This document shows positions 45,801 through 56,308 of a stretch of 64,000 nucleotides of DNA, in pieces. A model generated the notes under the pieces. The model was not told where the DNA came from. It did not search any database and was given only the letters and a program-made list of their open reading frames with translations. Source of the DNA: Candidatus Micrarchaeota archaeon (GTDB lineage Archaea > Micrarchaeota > Micrarchaeia > Burarchaeales > Fermentimicrarchaeaceae); NCBI GenBank assembly GCA_026396385.1, contig JAPLWV010000051.1:26143-90142 (forward strand). Reading direction: 5' to 3'. The position numbers were made by a program, and so were the translations under genes. Position 1 is the first letter of the stretch. Every line of letters begins with the position of its first letter.

Positions 45801-46957
45801 CCAAGTGGTATTATGCTAGCGAATGTCCTTATCCGAAATGCTTGAAGGGGAAACTTAGATTTTGCCGAATCAAGGATTGCCATGGGGCTGTCCATGTCCC
45901 CATGCTCTGCAAGGAATTTTTCCATGCCGAATTTCTTCGCTATAGTGAAGTAGCTGTCAATCTGCCGGTCAGTAAGGGAATTGTAGAGCTCCCTGAGCTT
46001 CTTGTGCAGCATGAGGTCATCTCCAAATCTTTTCTTCCAGCTCCGCTCGTACTCGCTCGAATCCTCCTTCTCGATTATTCTTGGTGCAAGACTTCCTGCA
46101 AGCTTTGCACAGTTACCACCGAATACAATTCCTCCCCCTGTCGTTGCCTTGACCTGACCCGCCGCATCACCCACTAGGAGCACATTTCCACTTGCAGTTT
46201 TATCTCTAGTTGAAAGGGGAATGATTGCACTCAGCCTGTTTTTACTCTTTGATTTTTTAAGAATTTTTGAAACGACTGGGTGTTTCTTGGTGAAAATGTC
46301 AAAGTAATGCTTAACACTCCTGTCGTATCCATGGCGCACATCCCTGAAAACCCCAAGCCCAACTCTTGCTTCTGATTCATTGAGAGGAATCGCCCATCCG
46401 AAAAAGCCCGGGAATAGCATGTTTGAAAGAAAAATGCTGACCAAATTCTTGTCTTCTATGGCTGCATTCTGGAAATCTGCCTGGTAGCAGAATGCGAATT
46501 CATTTATTTTGGGAAAACCAAACCACGCTGCAACCTGCGAGAGCGCACCATCAGCGCCTATAATGAGATTTGATTTCAAATCTGTTCTTCGTGCCCTTTT
46601 CTTCAGAAATATTTTCGCACCCTGCTCTTCTGCATCGTCAGCGCATGTTTTATCAAATCGCACTCTATCAATTGCAAATGCCTTGATGTCCTTTGCAATA
46701 ACGTTCATTTCATTCAGGGAGGGCGAGTAGATCCTAGTCCCGCGGAATTCATTCAGAATCGATTTTTTGTAGTCTACCCCGAGCATATCAAGGCCTTTTT
46801 TTGAGATGAGCCCGGAGCATTTTAGGCGTGAGCCAATACTCCCATGCTCTTCGAATATAGTAACATTCAAGTTCCTCTTGGCAGCTTCCATGGCCGCCAA
46901 GCAGCCTGTTGGTCCACCGCCAATCACTCTGACATCGTCCATAACAGCATCTCGCAA
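45797..46957 (-). CDS. geranylgeranyl reductase-family FAD-dependent oxidoreductase (possible polyprenol/dolichol reductase)
   Basis: VIGGGPTGCLAAMEAAKRNLNVTIFEE dinucleotide-binding motif; GDAAG motif (VLLVGDAAGQV); 386 aa. Confidence 0.75.
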   Translation of the reverse strand: MRDAVMDDVRVIGGGPTGCLAAMEAAKRNLNVTIFEEHGSIGSRLKCSGLISKKGLDMLGVDYKKSILNEFRGTRIYSPSLNEMNVIAKDIKAFAIDRVRFDKTCADDAEEQGAKIFLKKRARRTDLKSNLIIGADGALSQVAAWFGFPKINEFAFCYQADFQNAAIEDKNLVSIFLSNMLFPGFFGWAIPLNESEARVGLGVFRDVRHGYDRSVKHYFDIFTKKHPVVSKILKKSKSKNRLSAIIPLSTRDKTASGNVLLVGDAAGQVKATTGGGIVFGGNCAKLAGSLAPRIIEKEDSSEYERSWKKRFGDDLMLHKKLRELYNSLTDRQIDSYFTIAKKFGMEKFLAEHGDMDSPMAILDSAKSKFPLQAFRIRTFASIIPLG

Positions 46958-47015
46958 TATTTCCGTTATTTAAATCTTTACTTATATACTATTAAAAAGC
47001 TATAAAAGTGATCAC

Positions 47016-49685
47016 TTGAGCGGAGAGATTGCATTCCTTAGGACGGCAGTGCCAGTATTCTTGTCAATCTTTGTACCCGGATTTCTGTTAGCCTTGGCGT
47101 TGTTGAGAAAAACCAAGATATCCCTTGCGGAGATTGCAGCTTTCGGCTTCGTGATAGGTCTGATAGTCCCACCGATTCTACTTTTTGTATATTCCCTCTT
47201 TGGAGTACTTTACTCTCCCCAGCTTGCAGTGGGAAACATCATCTTTGTGACAATCGTGGGCTTTCTCCTCTGCGCAAAGGAGAAGGTGCTTGATTTTGAA
47301 CTTTCTTTCGATTACAAAAGAGATGCTGCCTGGATATTACTTCTGCTGATAATGCTGCTCGCATTCTGGGTTAGGATACAGAGCATAGGCCCAATATTCT
47401 ATGAGTTCGACCCTTATTACTACGACCAAGGTGCGCAGTTCATTCTAACTCAGGGTGAGATTCCCAAAACTGACGATCTTGCTTGGTACCCACATCCGGA
47501 CTCGCACAGAGACCCTCCGATTGTTCGCTACTTGGAGGTTGAGTGGTACTCAATCCACGGTTACATAACAGGAAACCAGCAGTTCGACAACTATCTGCTT
47601 TCGACAATTGCAGGAGTTTACCCGCCAGTTGTGGGGGCACTGATATGCTTCCTAGTCTTTATTCTGATTTCAGAAGAATACGGAAAGAGGTATGGTTTGA
47701 TTGGCGCAGCCTTAATGGCAATAATGCCAAGAGTAATAGAGAAGTTTGCTGCAGGAGAGAGCGAGCTGCAGCCATGGGGTATATTCGCCGCTTTCTTCTT
47801 CTACTCAACGTATGCGCTTGCAGTTTCAAGAAAAGATAGAAGATTCGCAGTTCTGGCAGGAATCGCTGTCATGGCTGCAACGCTTGGGTCAAGTGGAGAT
47901 GTTCTGGTATATCTTGTGCTGGCGGGTTATGTGGGATTACAATCGCTGATTAACTACTTCCAAAATAAATCGAATAGAGAGTTAATTGAACTGAATGCTA
48001 TAATACTCTGCTTCTCGGTTTTCACGTATATTGTATACTCTGTATATATCGGCTGGGTGATGCCAAGTGATATACTGAGTTTTGCCTCAGCTCTTGCATT
48101 TGCTGTTGGCTTATATTTCATCAGCCAAAGAGCGAAGAGGCAGGAGGATAGGATGAACTACCTTGCAGGATATCTGATACTTGGAGGAATCTTTCTTCTT
48201 ATAACATTTGCTTCTGGCTTCCCACTACCAGTTGGACCAAGGATTTGGAACTACGTGGTGAATGCCGCTTCTATAGCGCGCCCATCAAGCGCCCTTATGA
48301 TGACAGTTGCTGAGGAGACCCCGACATCGGGAGATTTCGCGAATTCGATGGGGTTCCTGGGGAGCAGCATATGGTTTGTTGACATCCTCTTTTTGTCTTC
48401 CTTTTTAGCGATTTGCTATTCGATATACCGTGGCTCGAGCTTGGGAGTTTTGTTCGGGATGATGATTTTCCCAGTGAGCTATGTGGGCCTGAGTAAGAGC
48501 AAATACATGCTTCATGTATCTTTCATGGCTTGCGTTGCAGTGACAATGCTATTTGGAGAGTTGGATAAAAAATTGCGCAAGTTTATAAAAAAAGAGTTTG
48601 GAGATGATGCAGCAAAATGGACTGTTGTGGGGGTTGCTCTGCTCGTGCTCGCTGCCGAGTCCCTAGTGTATGTGAGGCCGTGCGCCAACTGTTTTATTGA
48701 GCCTGATTTTTCTAACCCTGGCCCATTAGTTGATGTTGTTACTGGTGCACTTGACTCGAAATATGAACTAAAAGATCTCACCTATGCGAGTGAGATGGGA
48801 CGCGACTGCTCTGCTCTAGCAGGTGATGGAAAGTCAATCTCTTACTACCTATTCTGCTCCAGGATACCTGCATATTGGAGAGACTCTATGGACTGGATAA
48901 AGGATAATGTTGGTGAGAATGATAGGGTTATCTCATGGTGGGATTACGGGCACTGGATAAACTACTGGGGGCAGAAGAAATGCATCACAAGAAACGACCA
49001 CAAGTATCAGGATATGGATCTGGAGGTTGCGGACAAGTTCGTCTCCAACACACCTCAAGCATTGAAGGAGTACATGCTGGAGCATAATGCGAAATATGTG
49101 CTCTTTGACCAGGACCTTGTTGGCAAGTGGGGAGCACTTAACTTCCTGTCCTGCGTGTATAACAATGAGAGTAGCATGGATTTCGCTTTCAAGGAAGGAA
49201 TAAAGTATGGCGGGATGTATCAGCTGGGCACTTCTAGATGCGAAGCCGAGCACAACTTTGAGAGGATTGCGGTGCCTGTTAATCCGACTATAATGGATTT
49301 CTGCGAGAGCCCTGGCTCTTCGGTGCCACTGGTTAGAGCGCGCAGCACTCTCTCGAACTATACCTATTGCATAAGATATGCAAATGGCAGTGCGACTACT
49401 ATAGCCGGAATATTCTATGAGTACAACCTGAGCAGAGTCAACAGGGGAATACCGTACTATGGCGGTGTTCAGGGTTCTCAGGGCAAAAACGTATATGTGT
49501 ACACCATGCTCTACACCAACGACGTTTGGCCAGATGGAAATACTGGTTGGGAAGATAGGGTAGGGAAAATGTATGATTCTACGTTCTACCAGGGATTCAT
49601 ACTTGGGAGTATACCTGGATTCGAGCAGGTCTATCCGGCTAACGATCAGTCCGGCTTGGTGAGGATATTCAAAATTATTGAGTAG
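47016..49685 (+). CDS. aglB: AglB/STT3 oligosaccharyltransferase, long paralogue (889 aa, canonical WWDYG)
   Basis: 13-TM N-terminal domain. Periplasmic domain with RVISWWDYGHWINYWG, then DHKYQDMDLEVADKF (DK-type motif region). Start TTG at 47016 (uncertain). Confidence 0.85.
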   Translation: MSGEIAFLRTAVPVFLSIFVPGFLLALALLRKTKISLAEIAAFGFVIGLIVPPILLFVYSLFGVLYSPQLAVGNIIFVTIVGFLLCAKEKVLDFELSFDYKRDAAWILLLLIMLLAFWVRIQSIGPIFYEFDPYYYDQGAQFILTQGEIPKTDDLAWYPHPDSHRDPPIVRYLEVEWYSIHGYITGNQQFDNYLLSTIAGVYPPVVGALICFLVFILISEEYGKRYGLIGAALMAIMPRVIEKFAAGESELQPWGIFAAFFFYSTYALAVSRKDRRFAVLAGIAVMAATLGSSGDVLVYLVLAGYVGLQSLINYFQNKSNRELIELNAIILCFSVFTYIVYSVYIGWVMPSDILSFASALAFAVGLYFISQRAKRQEDRMNYLAGYLILGGIFLLITFASGFPLPVGPRIWNYVVNAASIARPSSALMMTVAEETPTSGDFANSMGFLGSSIWFVDILFLSSFLAICYSIYRGSSLGVLFGMMIFPVSYVGLSKSKYMLHVSFMACVAVTMLFGELDKKLRKFIKKEFGDDAAKWTVVGVALLVLAAESLVYVRPCANCFIEPDFSNPGPLVDVVTGALDSKYELKDLTYASEMGRDCSALAGDGKSISYYLFCSRIPAYWRDSMDWIKDNVGENDRVISWWDYGHWINYWGQKKCITRNDHKYQDMDLEVADKFVSNTPQALKEYMLEHNAKYVLFDQDLVGKWGALNFLSCVYNNESSMDFAFKEGIKYGGMYQLGTSRCEAEHNFERIAVPVNPTIMDFCESPGSSVPLVRARSTLSNYTYCIRYANGSATTIAGIFYEYNLSRVNRGIPYYGGVQGSQGKNVYVYTMLYTNDVWPDGNTGWEDRVGKMYDSTFYQGFILGSIPGFEQVYPANDQSGLVRIFKIIE

Positions 49686-50604
49686 CCTCCAGCCATTCGA
49701 CATACTTTCTTATCCCATCTTTCAGAGAGACCTTCTTCCTCCAGCCCAGCTTCTCAATCTTCTTGGTATCCAGAAGCATTTTCACTACATCGCCTTTCCA
49801 GCCTCTCGTGCCCCCAGTATACTCGAATTTAGGTTTCACTTTCAGGAACGAACACATCGTATTTGCTATATAATTGACGTTCTCCATCTGCCCGCTTCCG
49901 ACGTTGAAGAAGTCAAATATGTTTTTTTGCTTCCTTGATGCTAGGAAAAGCGCATCTACACAGTCTGAAATGTAGAGATACGATTTGCATTGCTTGCCGT
50001 TTCCAAGAATCTCAAGTTTCTTTGGATTTGTCTTTAGCTTTTTGTAGAAGTCGAACATAACACCGTGGGTTGAGGGGGAACCAAATATGTTTGCTAACCT
50101 AAGCACAACCCCCTTTATGCCATAGGTTGATGCATAGGAGGATATGTAAGCCTCGTCCGCAACTTTTGATGCTGCGTAGTTGCTTATTGGGATAAGTGGA
50201 TAATTTTCAGGGGTTGGGAGCACCTCAGCTTCACCATATACCGTAGAAGTCGAAGTGAAAACTACCTTCTTCACGTCGTTTTTCCTTGCCGCCTCGAGCA
50301 CGCTGAAAGTCCCGCTGACATTTATACTAAAACTAACCCCGGGGTTCGTTGCGCTATCCTTCACGCTGGGGTCTGCTGCAAGATGGTATACCTCTTCAAC
50401 ACCCTTCATTGCTGAGTCAACTGTTTCGCTGTCACGAATGTCCCCTTTTATGAATTTGAAATTCTTTCTTCCAATACTCGCATTAAGATTTTCCATGCGT
50501 CCTGATGAGAGGTTATCAAAAACGGTAACATCGCTGCCTTTTGAGATGAAAAAATTCGTTAAGTTGCTTCCTATGAAGCCGGCTCCGCCCGTTATTAGGA
50601 TCAT
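49675..50604 (-). CDS. NAD-dependent nucleotide-sugar epimerase/dehydratase (extended SDR, GalE/WbpP-like)
   Basis: ILITGGAGFIGSNL Rossmann; catalytic YAASK; 309 aa. Confidence 0.75.
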   Translation of the reverse strand: MILITGGAGFIGSNLTNFFISKGSDVTVFDNLSSGRMENLNASIGRKNFKFIKGDIRDSETVDSAMKGVEEVYHLAADPSVKDSATNPGVSFSINVSGTFSVLEAARKNDVKKVVFTSTSTVYGEAEVLPTPENYPLIPISNYAASKVADEAYISSYASTYGIKGVVLRLANIFGSPSTHGVMFDFYKKLKTNPKKLEILGNGKQCKSYLYISDCVDALFLASRKQKNIFDFFNVGSGQMENVNYIANTMCSFLKVKPKFEYTGGTRGWKGDVVKMLLDTKKIEKLGWRKKVSLKDGIRKYVEWLEATQ

Positions 50605-50657
50605 GATTCTCTTTTGGTGTATGGTATTTATTTGTTTTCCCTGAATAATAGATTTCG

Positions 50658-51983
50658 ATGAAAATCTCGATAATTGGTGCGGGTTATGTGGGACTTATTG
50701 CGGCAGCCTGCTTTGCTGATCGCGGTTTCAGGGTACTGATATCCACGAATGACCCCAAAAAAATAAAGATGATAAATAGGGGGAAAGCTCCTTTCTTTGA
50801 GCCTGAGCTGGAGGGGTTGCTTAGGAAGGCAGTGAAGTCTGGCGCGCTGAAAGCTACAAACACAAGAAACGAGGCGATTCTGAATTCTGATGTGACTTTC
50901 ATATGCGTGGGCACACCCAGTGCTGCTGACGGGTCTATAGATTTGAGCTTTATCTACGCAGCTGCTGAGGAGGTGGGGAGGAGCTTGAGAAAGAAGAGAG
51001 GGTATCATACTGTAGTTCTGAGGAGCACCGTTGTTCCAGGGACAACTGATAAGGTCAAGGAGATTATTGAGAGAGTCTCTGGAAAGAGCGCGGATAAGGA
51101 GTTTGGCATATGCATGTGCCCGGAGTTCCTCAGGCAGGGAAATGCAGTCTACGACACATTCAACCCGGATAGAGTAGTAATTGGAGAGCATGACGGAAGA
51201 GCTGGCGAGTTTGTTGAGAAACTTTTCAAGAAGTTTTACAAAGGGAAGAAGGTTCCAATGCTGAGAATGAATACTGTTTCAGCAGAGATGGTGAAGTATG
51301 TGAGCAACTCTATACTGGCAACCAAGGTTTCATTCATAAACGAAATTGCAAATATGTGCGAGAAGCTGAAAAATGTCGATGTATACGAAGTTGCAAAGGG
51401 GGTTGGGCTGGACAGGAGAGTTGGACCGCTTTTCCTTGAGGCTGGGCCAGGGTTTGGAGGTAGTTGTTTTCCCAAAGATGTCAATGCAATACTAAGTTTT
51501 TCAAGGGAGCTAGGATATGAGCTGAAAATACTTGATAGCGTTATGGTAGTTAATGAGGAGCAGGCCCTCCATGTTGTGGATCTGGTGAGGAGGAGCCTCG
51601 GGAGTCTGGCTGGAAGGAGAATTGCAGTTTTAGGATTATCATTCAAGCCTGATACAGATGATATGAGGGAAGCTCCCTCAGTTAGAATCATAAGGAAGCT
51701 CCTTGGGGAGGGCGCATCAGTGGTGGCGTACGACCCTGTTGCGGTTGGGAATGCCAAAAAAATACTCAAGGATGCAATACAGTACGCAGACTCCAGTTCG
51801 GAATGCTTAAAGGACGCGGACTGCTGTGTAGTTGTTACGGAGTGGGACGAGTTCAAGAAAATAAAACCTGAGATGCTGAAGAAAATGAAGGGGAGAAGTA
51901 TTATTGACTCTAGGAGAATCTGGAATGCTGAAACGCTCAGGAAGGCAGGCTTCAAATATTATGGGATAGGACTGGGAGAATGA
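50658..51983 (+). CDS. ugd: UDP-glucose / UDP-sugar 6-dehydrogenase
   Basis: KISIIGAGYVGL N-terminus; catalytic Cys block GFGGSCFPKD; 441 aa. Confidence 0.85.
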   Translation: MKISIIGAGYVGLIAAACFADRGFRVLISTNDPKKIKMINRGKAPFFEPELEGLLRKAVKSGALKATNTRNEAILNSDVTFICVGTPSAADGSIDLSFIYAAAEEVGRSLRKKRGYHTVVLRSTVVPGTTDKVKEIIERVSGKSADKEFGICMCPEFLRQGNAVYDTFNPDRVVIGEHDGRAGEFVEKLFKKFYKGKKVPMLRMNTVSAEMVKYVSNSILATKVSFINEIANMCEKLKNVDVYEVAKGVGLDRRVGPLFLEAGPGFGGSCFPKDVNAILSFSRELGYELKILDSVMVVNEEQALHVVDLVRRSLGSLAGRRIAVLGLSFKPDTDDMREAPSVRIIRKLLGEGASVVAYDPVAVGNAKKILKDAIQYADSSSECLKDADCCVVVTEWDEFKKIKPEMLKKMKGRSIIDSRRIWNAETLRKAGFKYYGIGLGE

Positions 51984-52960
51984 TATCTGGAGAAAATATA
52001 CTTGTGACTGGCGGTGCTGGCTACATCGGCTCCCATCTAGTTGATGCACTTGTGGAGAAGAATAGAGTTACGGTTCTGGATAACCTGAGCACGGGCAAGA
52101 TTAGCAATATACAGCACAATCTGAAGAGGAAGGGATTCCATTTCATAAAGGGTAATGTGGAGGATGCGGAAACTCTAAGGAAGGCTGCTATGGGCTGCAG
52201 CATAATAGTTCATGAAGCAGCCGTTGTTGGAGTGAAGCATTATGTAAAAGACCCTTTGAAAGTTCTTTTGGTGAATTCGCTTGGGATGGAGAACGTCCTT
52301 GAAGTAGCCAGAAAGACGGATGCGAAGGTGGTTTTCGCTTCCACAAGCGAAGTTTACGGCAAAAGCGAGACTCTGCCGCTCAGAGAGAATGGAGATAGAC
52401 TGCTGGGCTCGACTTCAATAGACCGGTGGTGCTACAGCACAAGCAAGGCATTTGACGAGCACCTATGTTTTGGCTATTATAAGAAATATTCTTTGCCAGT
52501 TGTTATACTGCGGTATTTCAACTCATATGGCCCAAGAGCTGATGGAAGCGAGTATGGCGGTGTGATACCCATATTCATAAACCGAGTTCTTAGGAATAAA
52601 GCACCTCAAGTGCATGGTGATGGTAAGCAGACCAGGTGCTTCACTTATATAAGTGACACTGTTGCAGGAACAATGCTCTCCCTTGAGAAGAAGGGAGCTG
52701 TTGGGGAAATCATCAATATAGGAACGAATGTGGAGACGCCAATCGTTGAACTCGCGGGAAGAATAATTGATTTAAGCGGGGAAAAGATGAAACCTGAGTT
52801 CATTACTCACGAGAAGTTCTATGGGAAAAGCTACGAGGATATAAGGAGGAGAGTGCCGGATATAAGCAAGGCAAAGAAGTTGTTGGGCTGGGAGCCAAGG
52901 GTTGATTTCGAGGATGGTTTGAGAAGGACTATTGCGTGGTATAAGAAGGTGATACGTTGA
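51980..52960 (+). CDS. extended SDR, UDP-glucuronate decarboxylase-like (ArnA C-domain / UXS family)
   Basis: ILVTGGAGYIGSHL. Catalytic region RWCYSTSKAFDEHLCFGY resembles ArnA RWIYSVSKQLLDRV. Overlaps the ugd stop by 4 bp. Confidence 0.55.
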   Translation: MISGENILVTGGAGYIGSHLVDALVEKNRVTVLDNLSTGKISNIQHNLKRKGFHFIKGNVEDAETLRKAAMGCSIIVHEAAVVGVKHYVKDPLKVLLVNSLGMENVLEVARKTDAKVVFASTSEVYGKSETLPLRENGDRLLGSTSIDRWCYSTSKAFDEHLCFGYYKKYSLPVVILRYFNSYGPRADGSEYGGVIPIFINRVLRNKAPQVHGDGKQTRCFTYISDTVAGTMLSLEKKGAVGEIINIGTNVETPIVELAGRIIDLSGEKMKPEFITHEKFYGKSYEDIRRRVPDISKAKKLLGWEPRVDFEDGLRRTIAWYKKVIR

Positions 52961-53685
52961 AGGCAATAATACTTGCTGCTGGGAAGGGTGTGCGGCTCAG
53001 ACCACTTACATATGGGATACCAAAGCCTCTGCTTCCTGTTGGAGGTAAACCTGTTATTGATTTTGTTATAGATAACCTTCTCACCTGCAAAGAGATAGAT
53101 ACAATATATGTCGGCGTATCGCATATGCAGAACATGATAAGCAGCTACCTTGCTCATACTCCTAGGGATAATGTGAAGGTGGAAACAGTGAGCACCCTCT
53201 GCTGGGAAACTGCCGGCGATATTAGGGTGATAGCTGTTGAGAAGGAGATAGACGAGCCTGTTGTTATTGCATATGGGGATAATGTGACAAAGATGGATAT
53301 TGGCAAACTTGTGAAATTCCACAAGAAAATGGGGAGAAGCGCAACTGTCGCTCTATTTAAAGTTCCATGGGATGAGGTGCATAGATTTGGAGTTGCAACA
53401 TTGAAGGATAACCTGATAACTGAGTTTATCGAGAAACCTGAAGGAGGAAAAGCGCATTCAAACCTCGCGAATGTCGGTTATTATGTGATAGAACCTGAAG
53501 TGATAAGCCGCATACCTTACAGCAAGGTTAAGATGGAAAGCACCCTATTCCCAAAGCTGGCACAGGAAGGCGAGCTGGCTGGGCTTGCTTACAACTTGAA
53601 GTACTGGCTGGATATAGGAACAATCGAGGCGTACAGAAAAGCGAACAGGATGATTGAGGGCATATTAGCGCCACCAAATAGATAA
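52957..53685 (+). CDS. sugar-1-phosphate nucleotidyltransferase (short RmlA/GlmU-NTD-like)
   Basis: MKAIILAAGKGVRLRPLTYGIPKPLLPVGGKPVI; 242 aa. Confidence 0.75.
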   Translation: MKAIILAAGKGVRLRPLTYGIPKPLLPVGGKPVIDFVIDNLLTCKEIDTIYVGVSHMQNMISSYLAHTPRDNVKVETVSTLCWETAGDIRVIAVEKEIDEPVVIAYGDNVTKMDIGKLVKFHKKMGRSATVALFKVPWDEVHRFGVATLKDNLITEFIEKPEGGKAHSNLANVGYYVIEPEVISRIPYSKVKMESTLFPKLAQEGELAGLAYNLKYWLDIGTIEAYRKANRMIEGILAPPNR

Positions 53686-53883
53686 AGTAGGTTTTGGGAT
53701 AAGAGTGCTTGTGAGTGGAATGGCGGGATTCGTTGGAAGAGGGGATACGGATAATGGCTGACTGGGCTAAGAAGTGGGCCCGAGAAAATCCAAAGTATGG
53801 GAAAGATTGGAAGTGGAAAAGAGCCTGCCTGAATTCTGGAAGAATGTTGGCAGTATATAGCGAAGCAATAGAAGTCTTTTCAG

Positions 53884-54567
53884 TTAGCGGCTATTCACTT
53901 TTCTTGCCTTTATTATAAGATGGTTTGCAAGGGAAGGGTAGTAATCTGCTAAGCGTACAAACATGGGGGTTAGAACAGGAAATTTGCGGTAGCTGAATGC
54001 AATGCTATTACCCCGCACTTTTTCAACTTTGAATCCGTTCCTCTCCAGCATTTCAATAAGTTCACTTTTTGTAAAAAGTCGTAGGTGGTGCGGGTGCAGT
54101 TTGGGGTGCATGTAGAACAGATGCTTCCCGCATAGAAGGTTGAATCTATGCTGCAGGGAAGTCAGGTTTGGCGTGGTCAGGATAAGAGCGCCCCCTTCCT
54201 TGAGGACACGGTATGACTCGCTTATCAGATATTCGTAATTGAACAGATGCTCAATTATCTCGCCCGCATATATACAATCAAAGGATTTGCCAGGGAAAGG
54301 CAGTCTTTTACCATCTATGTTCATGGAAATGAAACGCACATTTTTTGAGCTGCATATTTTTTTATAGGCAGGGTTGAGGTCAATTCCGTATTTCTCTGCT
54401 TTAAAGTCCTTGATGAACTCACAGTTGCCGCATCCTATGTCCAGTACCACATCACCTTCTAAAAGTTTACGGGATTTGTTTATCCTCTCATCATTGGGAA
54501 GGTATTTCATATTCTCTGAAAACGACTTGAGCTGAATCTCCCTCCAATTTCTTTTAGGATGCACCAT
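53884..54567 (-). CDS. class I SAM-dependent methyltransferase
   Basis: VLDIGCGNCEF motif I. Start moved to MVHPKR (54567) because the longer ORF would overlap the divergent GT2. Confidence 0.65.
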   Translation of the reverse strand: MVHPKRNWREIQLKSFSENMKYLPNDERINKSRKLLEGDVVLDIGCGNCEFIKDFKAEKYGIDLNPAYKKICSSKNVRFISMNIDGKRLPFPGKSFDCIYAGEIIEHLFNYEYLISESYRVLKEGGALILTTPNLTSLQHRFNLLCGKHLFYMHPKLHPHHLRLFTKSELIEMLERNGFKVEKVRGNSIAFSYRKFPVLTPMFVRLADYYPSLANHLIIKARKVNSR

Positions 54568-54623
54568 GATAGGTTTATTACTGGAATGATTATAAGTATT
54601 TGCAGAGGAACTGCATAGCCATA

Positions 54624-55742
54624 ATGGGGTTGAAGATGAAAAAAGTTTCCGTGATAATAGCGGCATACAACTCGGAGAAATCAATTGGGAAAGTTTTGGA
54701 TGCGCTGGATAAGCAGGATTATGGGAATTTTGAAGTTATCGTTGTGGATGACTGTTCAAAGGACGGAACTTCCGAAGTTGTTAAGAAATTCAAGAAATTT
54801 AAGCTCATTAGAAATAAGAGGAACCGGGGGCTTTCTGGATCTGTCAACAGTGGTATAAGAGAATCAAAGGGCAGTATAATAATGACACTGCACGATGACA
54901 GCGTGCCGATGTCCGATACATGGATGTCAGACATGGTGGCGACATTTGAGATGAGCTCAGACATAGGAATAGTCAGTTCAGATTATGTCATAAACTTCAA
55001 AGGTCTGAGCCTTGCGGACAAGTGCTTCTCATTCGCATACCATCTAGGTGAGGACATGGACCTAGCAAAAAAAGAGGGAGTGGAGGACATAGAAACGATT
55101 TCGGATAAGTGCGATGCATACCGAAGGGATGTGCTGGAGCAAGTTGGATTGTTTGATGAGACGTTCAGGAACGCCGGGGAAGATATGGATATCTCTAAAA
55201 AAGTTAAGGCACTTGGCTACAGGATTGTTAGGAACAATAGATGCAAGGTTGAGCACAGATTTACGGAGTCAAAAAGGGAGAGAACGATTTGGGATCATTT
55301 CAGAAAGGCATTCCAGATAACAGAGTGTAGCATATATGTGCTTCTGAGGTATGGAATGATGTACAAAGTCGATACGCTGCTTTTCGTTCTCTCATCAATA
55401 ATCTGCTGGGCGGCCCCAGTACTCACTCTCCCGTTCTATATAATTTGTATCCTTCTGAACAGAGCATTCTCGATGTTTGGCATACTCGCCTTTGCAGCAT
55501 TCTATTACCTGAGTCCTGAGCTAATAAGACAGCCATCCCTTGCCCTTATCATCGGGCTTTCATATCTGCTTGTAAAGAATTTCCTGAAAGCGCTTCGGTA
55601 CCTTAGGAAGTATAGAAAGTTCGACCTGATACTCCCAATCTGGTCATTTTGTTTAGCTTGGGATATAGCCTCGGGACTAGGGTGGACTGTTGGAATACTC
55701 AATTTCCTAAAGGTGGAGAGTACCTCCAGGTTTATGCGGTAG
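54624..55742 (+). CDS. GT2 glycosyltransferase with C-terminal membrane domain
   Basis: VSVIIAAYNSEKSI, VVDDCSKDGT and HDD motifs. 4 TM helices in the last 120 aa. Start MGLKMKK (54624) or MKK (54636). Confidence 0.7.
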   Translation: MGLKMKKVSVIIAAYNSEKSIGKVLDALDKQDYGNFEVIVVDDCSKDGTSEVVKKFKKFKLIRNKRNRGLSGSVNSGIRESKGSIIMTLHDDSVPMSDTWMSDMVATFEMSSDIGIVSSDYVINFKGLSLADKCFSFAYHLGEDMDLAKKEGVEDIETISDKCDAYRRDVLEQVGLFDETFRNAGEDMDISKKVKALGYRIVRNNRCKVEHRFTESKRERTIWDHFRKAFQITECSIYVLLRYGMMYKVDTLLFVLSSIICWAAPVLTLPFYIICILLNRAFSMFGILAFAAFYYLSPELIRQPSLALIIGLSYLLVKNFLKALRYLRKYRKFDLILPIWSFCLAWDIASGLGWTVGILNFLKVESTSRFMR

Positions 55743-55747
55743 CCGCT

Positions 55748-56224
55748 TTACTTATGCGGCAGCTTGTTCCAGTCAAATGGCTTTCCAGTTTTTGAGTCAA
55801 TTATGCTAAGGTCATTCCAAGCCTTCCTTTCCTCATCCGGGTTCTTATAGTCATACAGCTTTGTTACGAAATATATCATCAGAGCAGGTTCTGAGCTAAT
55901 GACTTTAGAGCCGTGCCAGTAATGACCAGGAATCCGTGCTAGCTGCAGCCTCTCGCTGCTGAGGATTATCTCATCGAGCTGCTTCTTTTTTTCATCATAG
56001 GCGCATAGCTTAACCGCTCCTTTCAAGACAAGGAAGTAATCCACCTGCCCTCTCGTATGCCTGTGCCATGCCTTTATTATGCCAGGGTAAACCATAGAGA
56101 GATTGGCCTGCACTATCTTATCTTCTCCTACAAACTCCTCCCAATCCTCCCGGAATACTTCGGCAAAGAAGCCCCTCTCATCTGGCAGTTTCTTTATGTC
56201 GGTTACTTTTACTCCCTCAAGCAT
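55748..56224 (-). CDS. rmlC: dTDP-4-dehydrorhamnose 3,5-epimerase-like cupin (RmlC family)
   Basis: RGFFAEVFRED...HRHTRGQVDYFLVLKG RmlC-type blocks; 158 aa. Confidence 0.7.
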   Translation of the reverse strand: MLEGVKVTDIKKLPDERGFFAEVFREDWEEFVGEDKIVQANLSMVYPGIIKAWHRHTRGQVDYFLVLKGAVKLCAYDEKKKQLDEIILSSERLQLARIPGHYWHGSKVISSEPALMIYFVTKLYDYKNPDEERKAWNDLSIIDSKTGKPFDWNKLPHK

Positions 56225-56308
56225 ATGCTCACCCCATTCGAATATGTTTATAATATATGATGTTAATATTTATAAATGTTATTATCATATTAGTATGGAG
56301 GGGGAATA

